A DNA stretch of 64,000 bases from Squalus acanthias (taxonomy: Eukaryota), in the NCBI GenBank assembly GCA_030390025.1, contig CM059432.1:19470001-19534000 (forward strand), written 5' to 3'. Each line of letters opens with the position of its first letter. Within the stretch, counting starts at the first letter, position 1. A program made the translations under genes and the position numbers. A model generated the notes under the pieces. That model searched no databases and had not been told where the DNA came from. It worked only from the letters and a program-made list of their open reading frames with translations. Shown piece by piece: positions 24,926 through 37,434 of this stretch.

Positions 24926-25273
24926 TGTCTGTCTTTCCAGTTTTAAAAAAAAACACAAAAAAAAAACCCAAAAAAGGTTAAAAGCTCAACTGCAGACAGC
25001 AGGATTTGACACGTTGGACCCCTGTGACCCATCTCATTGTCTTGGCTGTGCTCTGGTGTGTCTTTGATGTAATGCCTCCCTGAAAGAGTGTATCTCTGCA
25101 GTTTCGGTGTTTATATACTGTGTAATATTGTAGATTCCCTCATTGTACCTCTACCTGACGAAGGGGCAACAGCTCCGAAAGCTTGTAACTTTAAATAAAT
25201 CTGTTGGACTATAACCTGGTGTTGTGCGACTTCTCATTTTTGCCCACCCCAGTCCAACACCGGCATCTCCGCA
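24926..25273 (+). mobile_element. solo Penelope pLTR (family A, subtype 2)
   Basis: Ends ...ccggcatctccgca; TSD tctttgaaaggt at 24914-24925 and 25274-25285; homologous to the reverse complement of 37063-37425. Confidence 0.9.
25152..25187 (+). ncRNA. minimal hammerhead ribozyme motif with covarying stems
   Basis: tac-CTGACGA-a-ggggc aaca gctcc-GAAA-gctt-gta (stem I tac/gta versus cac/gtg in other copies). Confidence 0.78.
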
Positions 25274-27652
25274 TCTTTGAAAGGTGTCGTGGGGATCTTT
25301 TGCTTCCATTCGAGGGGGCAGAGAGGGCCTTTGTTTAACTTCTCATGCAAAACACTGACACCTCCCGCAGCACAGCACTCCCTCAGCATTACACTGACTG
25401 ATGTGTCAGCCTCGATAATGTGCTCAAGTTCTCTGGAGTGGAGCTTGAACCCACAACCTTCTGACTAACAGTCAAGTCTGAAACTGGCTCAGACAAAGTT
25501 TTACAGCCTCTTTGAAGGAAAGATAAAGGAAATATTCACGATAATACAAAGCCTGACATTTCCAATGTAAGGAGCAGAGGTCTGAAAAACTTATCTTTGT
25601 GCAATGCCGCTTAGTCTATTCAGCAAGTGAGATCAGTAGAGGGGAAGGCATACAACAGCGAGGGTCAGGTGCCCTTTTTATGCTAAATATAAGCGGCATG
25701 GAGCTAAGTCGCATGGAGCAACTTATATTTCTATCGCACACCTCGTGTCGAGAGAGATCATTGAGTGCTTTCTGTGGTGGAGGAAAGCTTTGCTCCTTAA
25801 ACATGTCTGTATCAAATTCCTTGGGCCTTGTTTTATTTTCCTTGCATGTGCCTCCCCCCGTTGTGCCACTGCTACTTTCATGGGGCTGAGCCTCAGCACC
25901 TCCCCCAGCCCCCGCCCACTGCTCTGCCTGTGAGCTGAGTGACACGAATATCTCAAAGCCTCTTTCCATAGACTCCCTCGTAGCTTTAAAGCCGAGGAGA
26001 TTCCAGCAGTCTGAGTTCCCAGCGAAGCTGTCACTAGAGGCTCCTATGCTGGAGGCCTCCTCTCTGCAGTGTTCACAGAGCTGACCGCTTTTATGTTATG
26101 AGCTATTACAACTTTGTTGGGCATTGCTTCCTTCAGTTTGGTTATCGTTTCAAACATTTGCTTGTTTTGGCATTCATTATTTTTAAAGCCCACGCATGCA
26201 GTCGTTAGCCCTGCACAAAGTTCATCTTTGAGATAATTAATTCAGCTGCCTAAGAGTCCATACACTGTGACCTTTATTGTTTCTCCGTACCTCGGATTAA
26301 ACCGGCTGGATTACAGTTACTTTCCCATTTCATTTTTCTTTAGCATTTTAGCCAGCTGGCCACTCATCGGTTAGAACAACGACCCCCTTTGCAGTGAGCC
26401 CATGCTCACTGTTCCCCACTGGCTTTAACAATGGGGTGGGAATCAGATGTATTTTATATCTCCTCTTGCATCAATGGGGTGTTTTAAATCTGCATAACTC
26501 CGAGAAAACTCAGCGATTGCAAGTTCAAATTGGCAGCTTTATAGTGCGGAATGTTCCTGTTCATATTCAGATCTTGTCTATTTCGGTCCGGTTCGGCAAT
26601 TTCATTCACTAACGACCTTCAACCTCCAACTTAATCTCCAATTAAGATGACAGGCATTTGTGTGATTCCATTTTTGTTCTGCTTTGTAGTGTGTTAGTTT
26701 ATTTTTCTTTACTTTTTTTAAACAAGGGTTTTACAACACAGACCTGTTGTACCTTATCCTGTGTCCATGTTGCGATTTTGTTAGCGGATTTTTTGACAGT
26801 TTGGGTCAAGTGTGGGCACACACGCTGGCATAGCCATTAAATGAAATAAATCGCAAATTGAGTTGTGCAGCATACCCAGGGCTTAGTCCCTGAAAGTGAA
26901 CAGCAAGCTGATAGAGCAAGCTACACGGGCTATTTGTAGCCGATTAAATGGTGTCACCCGGATTAAACAGATGATGTGTGTCAAATAAATGAAAGGTGCT
27001 GGCTGCATAATTTATGCCGCAAGGTGACTGAGCCCTCCCTCAGCATCTGCAAAGCAAACACATTGCAGGAGAATGAATTCTCAGCTAAAAGTAATCCCTG
27101 GTATCATTTGTTGAAGTATGTGCTTAATCTCGGTGAGACAGAAGGAAAACCAACCACCTCTTGACATGAGTAATACAGGGAGATCTTATTTATTTAATTG
27201 TCTGTGCACAACAATCACAAGATCATTTGCAACTATGCAAGGACAGTATTTTTTTTTTTACATACCAGGACGCAACGCATAGATTCAGTTAGTGGCTGGA
27301 CAACACTTGTACGAGCAGGTGGGCAGAGGACACAGTTGTGTAGGTTTTTTGCCGAGAGCATTTTGATGAATTGGAAGTGCCGAGCTGCACGTCAATGCAG
27401 AAAATTGTCTCTGGATATCAACAACTTTAGCCACCTGGTGTGACTTTATTGGGCACAGACGAGGACCACTATTATTTTACAGAAAGACTCAAAAGGTCAG
27501 ACTTCAACATTTGGCAGCCAAAATGCATTGGCTCTGTCGATGTCACATCTGGTGAGAACATTGCTAATTATGCCACCCGAGTTAAAGAAGTCCTGCTTTG
27601 TGCCTCAATTTTCTCCCTCGTCTCCTGAAGCTTTTGTTGCTGGCTATACACA

Positions 27653-28125
27653 GTGTCAGCTGTGGCTCAGTGGGTAGCACCCTCGCCTCTGACTCAGAAG
27701 GTTGTGGGTTCAAATGCCCACTCCAGGGACCTGAGCACATAAAGCTAGGCTGACACTCCAGTGCAGTGCTGAAGGAGTGCTGCACTGTCAGAAGTGCCGT
27801 CTTTCAGATGAGACATTGAACCGAGGCCCCATCTGCTCTCTCAGATGGATGTAAAAGATCCCATGGCATTATTTCAAAGAAGAGCAGCGGAGTTATCCCC
27901 GGTGTCCTGGCCAATATTTATCCCTCAACCAACATAACAAAAACAGATTATCTGGTCATTAGCACATTGTTGTTTGTGGGACCTTGCTGTGCGCAAATTG
28001 GCTGCCGTGTTTCCCCCATTACAACAGTATCCACTTAAAAAAAAAAGGTACTTTATTGGCTGTAAAGCGCTTTGAGACGTCCAGTGGTCGTGAAAGGCGC
28101 TATATAAATGCAAGTCTTCCTTTTT
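27653..28125 (+). mobile_element. DeuSINE (SacSINE1-like), full length
   Basis: tRNA-like head with A/B boxes, Deu core, tail aaaggcgctatataaatgcaagtctt. Confidence 0.88.
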
Positions 28126-28267
28126 TTATAGTTCCATGCACTGGGCGCCTGCTTGTACCTTGTTCAAGTGGCTACTTTTCATGCAGTTGCCTAAGTTTAT
28201 AAATTCTGGCTATTGAGATCTCGAAGGATCACAGCTGATCTGTAGGGAGCATAACTTCAACATTAGA

Positions 28268-28762
28268 GGCAGGCCATTCAGGCGGCAATGTCAGGAAACA
28301 AAAGGTAGTGAAAATCTGGAATTATCTCCCCCAAAAAGCTGTTGAGGCTCGGTCAATTAAAAATTTCAAAACTGAAATTGACAGATTATTGTTAGGCAAG
28401 GGTATTAAGGGTTACAGAACCAAGGTGGGTAGATGGGGTTAAGATACAGATCAGCCATGATTTCATTGAATGGCGGAACATGAGGAAAACTTTTTTAAGC
28501 AGCGAGTGGTTAGGATCTGGAATGCACTGCCAGAGAGTACGGTGGAGGCAGATTCAATCGTTGCTTTCAAAACGGAATTGGATAAGTACCTGAAGGAAAA
28601 AAATGTGCAGGGCTACGGGGAAAGGGCGGGGGAGTGGGACCAGCTGGAATACTCTTGCAGAGAGCCGGCACGGGCTCGACGGGGCGAATGGCCTCCTTCT
28701 GTGCTGTAACCATTCTATGATTCTAACAGGCTCGAGGGGTTGAATGGCCTACTCCTGTTCCT
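28268..28762 (+). mobile_element. two nested CR1 3' fragments
   Basis: 3'UTR of the first copy is split at ~28478 by a second (NFFKQRVVRIWNALP) ending attctatgattcta ~28725. Confidence 0.8.
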
Positions 28763-28948
28763 ACCCTGATCCTATGCTGACCTGACATCCCCACTTCCAG
28801 CAGGAGCTGCCAGATAGCAGTCAGGAGTGGGGACACTGAGTTATTTTATTCCTTCATCGCAAAACCTGAAGTGCTGACACCAACCGTAATGCCTCTATTA
28901 TCACCCCAACTGAGATCAATTCATGCAGCATAGACCAGGGATAAAACC
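28762..28948 (-). mobile_element. AmnSINE2-like SINE, degenerate
   Basis: Reverse-complement similarity to 15870-16095. Confidence 0.5.
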
Positions 28949-29721
28949 GTTTGCTGCCTTGTTTTGCCTTTAAAAAAATACTTTCATCACTTCCCTGATA
29001 AGTTGGATCTGTGTTAATCTGCTTTGGGCCATTTACTTCTTACATGCCTCAGGAATACTTTAGCAATTTGGAGCTAGTTGCTGTGATAAAAAAAAGACAA
29101 GAAATGTTGGAAATCTGAATTGAAACAGCAAGTGCTGCAATTGTATCTGAATTTATACATACAGAGGTCATTGCAGTCAGGCATGTGACAAGGCATTGGA
29201 AAGGACAAAAAGAGGTGAATGGTTCCAAAATAGAGAAGGATGCAACAGATTGGGAACAGGAGTATCCAGCAGACAATCGGAGAGACATTTTCAGACCAGG
29301 GGGCTGAAGAGTGTCCAAGCTGGAGCTGTGATGCGAGGGAGTGATTCCACAATCCCATGCTTCCTGTGAGCGTGGCGCCCTGCTGGAGTCACAATCACAG
29401 CCTTGCAGCTCTATCTTTGACTTGCCCTCCCTTCAAAGGTGGCTTCCCTGCTGAGAGGCTCGGTTCATGCAATTTACTCTTTTGTTCTTGAAGTGCACGT
29501 TGAATTCATTTCAATTAGGCAATGCTAAAGCGCAACGCAGCTAGTTGCCGTTCTTTTATTACACACTGTTGTTTCGTAGGGAGTGCCAGCCACAATCCCT
29601 CCAATTATATTAAGCATTAGAAAATTTTGCTCGATTGAATGCTCTTTTGGGATACTAAATGGCCTAAACTTGCCAAGTGGATCGAAACTCAAAGTTAATC
29701 AGGACCCAGACAACTTTGTTT

Positions 29722-30155
29722 TAATTAATTCTCAGGATATGATGCATCGTTGGCAAAGCTGGCATTTATTGTCCATCTCTAGTTGCCCTTGAGAAGGTTG
29801 TTGTTGGCCTTCCTCTTGAACGCTGCAGTCCGTGTGGTGAAGGTACTCTCACAATGCTGTTAGGTAGGGAGTTCTAGGATTACGATCCAGCGATGATGAA
29901 GAAACAGCAATATACATCCAAGTTAGAATGGTGTGTGACTTGGAGAACTTGGAGGTAATGTTGGTCCCATGCGCCTGCTGTCCTTGTCCTTCTAGGTGGT
30001 GGAGCGAACGCGTTTGGGAGATGCTGCTGAAGAATCCTTGGCAACTTGCTGCAGTGTATCCTGTAGATAGTACAGACTGCAGCCACGGTACATCGGTAAT
30101 GGAGGGAGTGGATGTTTAAGTTGGTGGATGGAATGCCGATCAAGCAGACTGCTTT
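29722..30155 (-). mobile_element. CR1/L2-group LINE 3' fragment
   Basis: KAVCLIGIPSTNLNIHSLHYRCTVAAVCTIYRIHC; homologous to 7376-7825. Confidence 0.8.
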
Positions 30156-31171
30156 GTTCACATACAACATGACTGCACATCAAAGTAACTCATTGTACGT
30201 GAAGCACTTTGGGACCTCCTGAGGGACATGGTTTGCTTCGATTTTCATAGAACTTAGACACTTAGTGACCACGATTAAACCATCCAGATTTCAGGTTCAA
30301 TTCCATCATGCCCTATAAAAGCATTTCTCTGCCTTACCTATTCTTTGCTCCCAATAGCCAGTTTGCATGGCCATGCAGCAGTTTCTCTAGCTGCTTTCAT
30401 GGTTTGGCCAAAATAAGCAGAAAGAAAAGTGACTTCTAAAAAGGAAAAAACTAAAACGTGTAAATGACTAAAATGATTGGATTAAATAACAGCGATTAAC
30501 TGACATTTTTTGAGCTTCACGTAGATCAATCCCATCTTTCCTCATCTGCCAATCCTACATCTCAGTCAATATTCCAGTAATGCTAAATGTTCCTTAAATC
30601 GTTCAACAGGATCACTGCTGTGAAATTTCATTATTGCAAATTGATTGCTATATCCTGTACTCAATGGCGCTGGTCAAAGTGCTGGTCTGCATACTTCCCA
30701 TTGCAACTCAGTTGAGGGCCAGCAGGCCTGATTAAGGATAGCTCTGCATGTGCTATGGAAAACAAATTATTGCCACAGCAATATTATTGACACTAGAGGG
30801 CCTGACTGTACTGAACCAGGCATGTAATTAAGTGAGGAACTTATGAATGACAAAGGTCCATAGCAGAACAGTAACAAAGTTGAAAAGGTTGGGAGTAAGA
30901 CGATATCAGATAAGGCCACTCTTGAGTTTTAAAAGCCTGTAGGGTGTAGGGAAAACTGAGGGAGACAAGGATTTTCACACCTTTGAGGCTATGGGAAAGA
31001 ATGTCTTAGAGTCAGACTTTGGGATGAGTCTTGATTTCAATATAATGAGGATGCAAGTGGAGGAAGTCTGTGTACAATGGTGTGTTTTCAGCGTAGAAAA
31101 ATAATTTGCATTTATTTAGTACCTTATTATGTCTCTCAGGAATTAATGCCTCTGTTAAATAGCAGAGAGAG

Positions 31172-31399
31172 GTGAACCTGTGGAATTCTCTACCACAGAA
31201 GGTAGTTGAGGCCAAGTCATTAAATATATTCAAGAATGAGTTAGATATATTTCTTAAAGCTAAAGGTATCAAGGGATATGGGGAGAAGGCAGGTACAGGG
31301 TACTTAATTTGGATGATCAGCCATGATCTCATCGAATGGCGGAGCAGGCTCGAGGGGCCGAATGGCCTACTCCTGCTCCTATCTTCTATGTTTCTATGT
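31172..31399 (+). mobile_element. CR1 LINE 3' end
   Basis: NLWNSLPQKVVEAKSLNIFKNELD; (ttctatgt)n tail. Confidence 0.9.
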
Positions 31400-31511
31400 T
31401 GTGAGTCTGTTAAACATTTGTACAATACAATGCTCAGTTATATCAAGGCAAATTGGCCCCGGCGAAGAACAATGACACATGAAATATGATATAGACAAGT
31501 GTCAGTTAATA

Positions 31512-31775
31512 CACATGGAATAATACAGCACAGAAGGAGGCCATTCTGTCCATCGTGCCTGTGCCGGCTCTTTGAAAGAAGTATTCAATTAGTCCCACTC
31601 CCCTGCTCTTTCCCCATAGCCCAGCAAATTTTTCCTTTTCCAGAATTTATCCAATTCCCATTCAAAAGTTATTGTTGAATCTGCTTCCACCAGCTTTTCA
31701 GGCATTGCATTCCAGATCATAACAACTCGCTACGTAATTTTTTTTTCCCTCATGTCGCCTCTGTTTTTTTTGCCA
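31512..31775 (-). mobile_element. CR1 LINE 3' fragment
   Basis: Homologous to 6040-6290. Confidence 0.8.
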
Positions 31776-31843
31776 AAAATAGGGGACAGATGTTCTTTGT
31801 GAATAGCACTAAAATTGCTAAGGATGAACTTCAAAGAGATTCA

Positions 31844-32740
31844 GGCCTGAATTTTAATGGGGAAGGCAGGTTGTGAGCAGGGGTGGGGGGGTCTCCGACT
31901 CAGTCAGGAAACCCGGGAGAACGAGTTTCCCGCAGGCCCAGCCGAATTTAACGGCAGGGTCTGATTTGCATGGGAAGCCTCTGTTTCCCACCCGCAACCA
32001 GCCAGATTGAGAGACTGGCTGGCTACGGGAAGGTAGGCCTGTGGCACTAGGCCAAGAGAGGAGGGAGGGATCGCATGGGGGCCGGTGGGGTGGCCAGGAG
32101 CAGCACTGGGAGGGCTGGAGGAGCAGCACAGGGGTGAGGAGTGGGGGGGTGGTGTCAGGAACAATCGGGGGCTGGGAGCAGCATGGGGAGGGGGGGGGGT
32201 GTTAGGGAACGATCTGCAACTGGAGGAGCGAGGCGGGGGGGGTGGAGAGTCAGAGGAGCAGGGGTGCGGGGAGGCAACGATCAGGGGCTGGAGTGCCAGA
32301 TCGGGGGACGGAGTAGCACAGGGGGCCAGGATGAGCACGGGGGACCAGGAGGAGCGATGGGGGGCGGTAGGGGGAGGAGACCTCATGTGGGGGTCTCTGA
32401 TCGCGGGGGTGGGTTAGGTAGAGACACTGGATCTAGAAGGCAAGTGTAAAAGCACTTACCTCCTGGATGCAGCAGTCCTCGCCTTACTCTAGCTGGCGGG
32501 TTTCACGAGGCCTGCATAACCCGACCAGCTAAAGTTAACGTCAAAATGGAGGTTAAATCAGAGGCCTCCAGCCTCATTATAATATTTAAATGGACGACCC
32601 GCCTCCTAGCAGCGGGCTGGCTGTCCACCCCCATCCCGCCTCCGCTAAATGCAGAAGTGGGCAGGTTCTGGTCAGGATTCAGATTTTTAATACTTTAACT
32701 TCCCAAACCCACCCGGTTTTTTTTTAGGTTAAAATTCCCC
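31844..32740. mobile_element. Harbinger-type non-autonomous element with G-rich interior
   Basis: Ends ggcctgaatttt / aaaattcccc; another terminus ggccctgaaatt follows at 32765. Confidence 0.6.
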
Positions 32741-35479
32741 ACCCAGGGTCTCTCAGACATAATGGCCCTGAAATTGTGGAGTCCCTTCGCACTTGCGCAT
32801 GTGCAAAATCCGCAACGTGCGGCCCGTCAATGCACGTGTTGACAGGTCATCCGTGGGGGCTCCAAAGAAGCAATCACTGGTGCAGAGTTGAGCTATTTGG
32901 CCAGCAAATTGCCCACATAAGTCTTAGGGGTGATGCAAGTGGATATCGAAGGCTTAAATTAAACACTTACATATCCAAAATGATGCACATACGCTTTATT
33001 AAATGGGTTTATGCAAATATTGGCCCAGATTACAGTTTTAATGATGTGTGAAATTATCAAAAAATTAAATTTTTATTGAAACAGAAACCGAAAATGCTGG
33101 AAATACTCAGCCGGTCAGGCAGCAACAGAACTCTGAATGGCTTCCTTTCTGTGCTGTATGGTTCCATGATTTCCATGCTCTCACCCCCTTTTCTGAGGGG
33201 TTGCCTTTCTTCTGGCTCCCAGTGATTTACTTCCCTGGGTCTTTCTTTTTCTCTATTTATAACTTACAGTTCCCCACACTATGGCCTTGCCGTGTTCCCA
33301 GGAATGCACTTTTTCCCTATCCTGGCTTTCCTACCTTAACCTGCAATGCTTGCCCCCTGGCTCTGTGCTGTCCAAAATATATATGTACAGTACTTCACAA
33401 TTTTGGGGGGTTTCTTTTTGGTGGGTGACCTGCTCCATAAAAAAATGTACAAGCTGCGTGCCCTGCCTCTAACCCTGATCCTGATCCTGATCCTACTCAA
33501 CTGCACGCGAGCTTTGATTCCACTATTGGTTGGGAAGCTATTGACCTTTCTGCTCACGCTGCAGCAGCCTCAAGGGCAAAGCCATGGATGTATTCATGCA
33601 AAGTGTACGCCCATGCTTTTAGTAATATACTTAATTGCAGAAATATCAGGACTGATGAAACACAGTGGAGCTAATAACTACATTTATTTAATTGCACCTA
33701 CCGTTTTGCAATTGGTCCCATCACAAGGTTCGGAATTGTACATAACATCGTTCCAAAGAGGTGAATGATACTTAGCATAATCAATGAAACCTAAATGATC
33801 GCGAGCACAGCAACAAACTCGATTCTCAGAATAAAAGCACGGCATTAGCTGGGTTCAACTTAATAGAGTATAACAGAATTAAAGTGTCATAGCCTTAGCT
33901 GGGTTCTGTTTACCTCAGTGTAAGATTAACATTCAATTTCCCAGATTATTGTGTGCACTGTCAAGGCTGACTTTTGTAGTTTACAATGACAAAATAGGCT
34001 TCCAGCATTAAGTATGTCACTTGGGTAAATGTTAGTCTAAAAATACATGACCCTTTTTCTTCGATTAGCATTCTAACAGCGATATGGAACCAGCTCTAAA
34101 CTCCTCTGTGGTGTGCTGGTTCCAGGCTCTGGGGATTGATCTTCAGCAAGTCCTCTATAGTCATCTGTCTGTCTGGCTCAGTGTCAATTTTCCTTTTCAT
34201 TAATGCCGGTCTAACACTAACCACATAGTTGTATGTTATTCCCTAACCTATTACCCCCTGAAAAACCTTCTTGAAATATTCCTAAACTTTATTAAATCTT
34301 CTTTTCAGGTTTCCAGCAACCTAATTAGATGAACAATTGTCAACTGCAAATACCTGAATCTGCTATAGTTAATGCTGCATTTGCAAGTATCATTTTAAAT
34401 GATATAATTCAGCTTCACCCAACAGGGAAGAAATTCAACCCCCTTTCACCGTTTTTCTGGGCTGAAAACTTCAGGTTGGAGGGGCAGATTTTGGGTCGCG
34501 AGCGCTCGTACCCGATGGCTCCCAGAAGAGTGCCGTCTTCTGTTGCAACTCTGGCAGGATACTGGCGGAACCCCCTGTGAAACAGCAGAGACCGAGCTGC
34601 ACCAGTCCACTGTTTCTGAGAGTTTCCTTGCAAGGGGTGAAACCTCCATCCACCCCTTACCAGACAAATGATGGCAAGGGGACAAAGCCAGGGGCAGGGT
34701 CTGTCGACACTCAGAGCAACCACTCCCACTCCAGGAGCCAGCATATCAGTAGAGGATAGCATGCTGAGTGAGAAGAGACATATTGGCATTCTCTGGGCAT
34801 GACCATGTTCACTACAGATCTGCTAAATGTCACTCGTTAGGATTGAAAATCACTTATATCAGTTTAAGAATGTAAGCTATTTTGATGCGTGCCACTTCAG
34901 GCTTTTAGATGTAGCTCCATGTACTGGATTTAAATGGATTTACAACCTGTATCACTCTTGCTGCCTAGAAATGGTACTCTTCACAGTTCCGTAATGTTGA
35001 CCATTTTGTCTCCATTAGTGTTAACATGCCCTCCAGCATCCGCCTGGGTCTGGAGCTTACTGGTAGGACCTACATTATCCTCGAAAAAGCCTATTTGATT
35101 TGAAGAGACATATCTGGTTATTTTTATCAGGACCCGATTGTTATATGGCGAGAAAGCATTCAACACAGCGTAATGGTGAATGTATCATTTTGCCTTTGGC
35201 TGTACTTTAATGAATGGATGCATCGGCTCGAACTGGTTTTCTCTTTCTCTTGCCTGATCTGTTTCCTCATGCATGAGAAACATATCGCGTATGTGGAAAA
35301 GAACTGAGTTACAGTGGCCCAAGGGACGACCTTGTTGAAGTGTGGAAAATTTGAATTCCCATTAATTTTAAGCCACAAATGCAGGCAGCTCGGACAAAGG
35401 GTCTGACTGCTAAGTGTCTGTACATAATATGAATGTATTGCATTTATGGACACGGTAAAACTAAAAATGTAATCATAAG

Positions 35480-36285
35480 GGAGGAAAAATTGGATATCGC
35501 CCATTTTGGGGCGCTAATATCGGCCGGGCGCAAAGTTTAGCGCCCGACGCTAATTATCGCCTCCGACTGCAAAATTCGCCTCCATCGCTCCTGGAGGTGA
35601 TTTGAGCGCTAAATCAGGCGCTACACACCTCTCTTAAGGCGCAAACGTCGGGGAGCGAGGCGCTACCTCAGAACGCTACCGAAGCTCAGGCGATGTCAGC
35701 TACCATGGAAGCCAGACAGACTGGCGTCGTCCAGTTCTTAAAGGGTAGGGGCCATCTTGCTGGCCAGCCACACCCTGCTCATTGCAGCCTTGAATCTTGG
35801 CCTGGAGAGACCTCAAAAGCAATTGTGTTGGAAGCACTAATGGATATGCCCAGGGAAAGAGCTCGGTGCTTAGGAACCTCAAAAGTGGTGCTGAGGGCCA
35901 AAACTCCTTAGGACAGCATTAAATCTCTCCAGACGTCTCTCTCCCTCTCAACCTGCGTGTACCAAAAATTTTGCCGACAAGAAAAGTTAGGAAGCACCCG
36001 CCTTTAAATAGCGCTCCCCCAGCCCCTTCCCGACTTGAAAACGTTCCCCTCTACCTGTCATTCCTAGCGGCAGGCGCTAAGGTAGGGGGCGCGACTCACT
36101 TCTCAGTCCGGGGCGTTGCACGCTTGCATGACGTCATAAGCTGCGGGTGCAGGAGATTGTGCGGTAGTGTTTAGCGCCAGCGCAAAACAACAGGTCAGTT
36201 GCGCGAGCGGCGCTAAAATCGCCGCACTCGGGTGCTAATTTGCTAGTGCCCCCCCGGAGGCGCTAACCAACCGAATTTTTCCCCC
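35480..36285. mobile_element. non-autonomous Harbinger element (same family as 20364-21256)
   Basis: ggaggaaaaatt / aatttttccccc; collinear similarity with 20364-21256. Confidence 0.85.
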
Positions 36286-37152
36286 AATAAGTTTGTTAAA
36301 CCCAATTTCAATATGTTAATTAGATGGATCTCAAAGAGTTTCCTTAATAACTCACATTACTGTTAGCAAAGAATCAAGGCATTCTTGTATTCTTCCTCTG
36401 ATCTACGCAGCACCAGCTCTGACACAGAGAATTAAAAGATTCTGCACTACAATGCATCTATTGGAAAAGTTCCAATGCAATGATCTTTAAGCAGCCTAAG
36501 CTCTTCTTTGTCCCCAGTACTAACCCAACAAAACATTACACCTGCGAAAAGAAGGTTTCAGATAAGGGTATCGCAGAAACATGCAATGGCAATAGAAATA
36601 AATTCAGGTGATCACTTTGTAGAAGAACCCTATCTAATCTTGCCACCTTGTGTCCTTTAATCAAAAGTATCCATTCATAAACCATGGGACTTTGAGGCTT
36701 TGCCGCTTTTGTGTGATGACAGCACAAAAAGAATACAACAAACCATAATCCATATTTGGAGATATGCAATGACCTTATTTCAGAGAGTTGCTTTACTTCC
36801 AGCAGTGCTTCAACTTTTTCTTACTTGATCCCTGTCTGTGAAGACTGTTAGAAAACAAGCAAGGAAAACGCCTAACTGAAGTGAATGACATGAATGTAAG
36901 TGACGATCGAAAAATATCTCGCTCTTAGAATGAGAGAGAAAAAGAGACGGTGCTTAACAAGATAATATCAAGACTTGCAGCAGGTGTGTTTATAATGCCT
37001 TTTGTGATTCTGAATCAAAGTACTGCATCATGACAAACCCTCTAACTAAATCAATGATGGTCATGATGCGGAGATGCCGGCGTTGGACTGGGGTGGACAA
37101 AAATGAGAAGTCGCACAACACCAGGTTATAGTCCAACAGATTTATTTAAAAT

Positions 37153-37188
37153 TACAAGCTTTTGGAGCTGTCGCCCCTTCCTCAGGTA
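37153..37188 (-). ncRNA. hammerhead motif, core mutated (GAAA>AAAA)
   Basis: Reverse complement: tac-CTGAGGA-a-ggggcgacagctcc-aAAA-gctt-gta. Confidence 0.6.
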
Positions 37189-37434
37189 AAGTTACAATGA
37201 GTGAATCTACAATATTTCACAGTATATAAACACAGAAACTGCAGAGATACAATCTTTCAGGGAAGGTGTCCTTACATCAAAGACACACCAAGAGCACAGC
37301 CAAGACAATGAGATGTGTCACAGGGGGTCCAACGTGTCAAATCCTGCTGTCTGCAGTGTTTTTTGGGGGGGTTTTTGTGTTTGTTTTTTTGTGTTTTTTT
37401 TTTAAAAACTGGAAAGACAGACAACGATGTCGAG

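Larger units (their letters stand above)
24405..25468 (-). mobile_element. DeuSINE interrupted by three younger insertions (CR1 24432-24580; Penelope B 24636-24723; Penelope A 24926-25273)
   Basis: SINE tail, core and tRNA head are collinear once the inserts are removed. Confidence 0.8.

Noticed and set aside
25616..25969. 117-aa minus-strand ORF in unique DNA
   Set aside because: No recognisable domain or splice context; not supportable as a CDS
27653..27725. tRNA genes (also 4812-4884, 16099-16170, 41360-41428, 52566-52630)
   Set aside because: tRNA-derived SINE heads continuous with SINE bodies; no proper cloverleaf or terminator
29371..29387. CTCF-like motif gtggcgccctgctgg
   Set aside because: Mismatches in the core; a single short motif is not enough evidence
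31854..32449. Pro- and Gly-rich ORFs (also 17322-17897)
   Set aside because: G-rich low-complexity sequence
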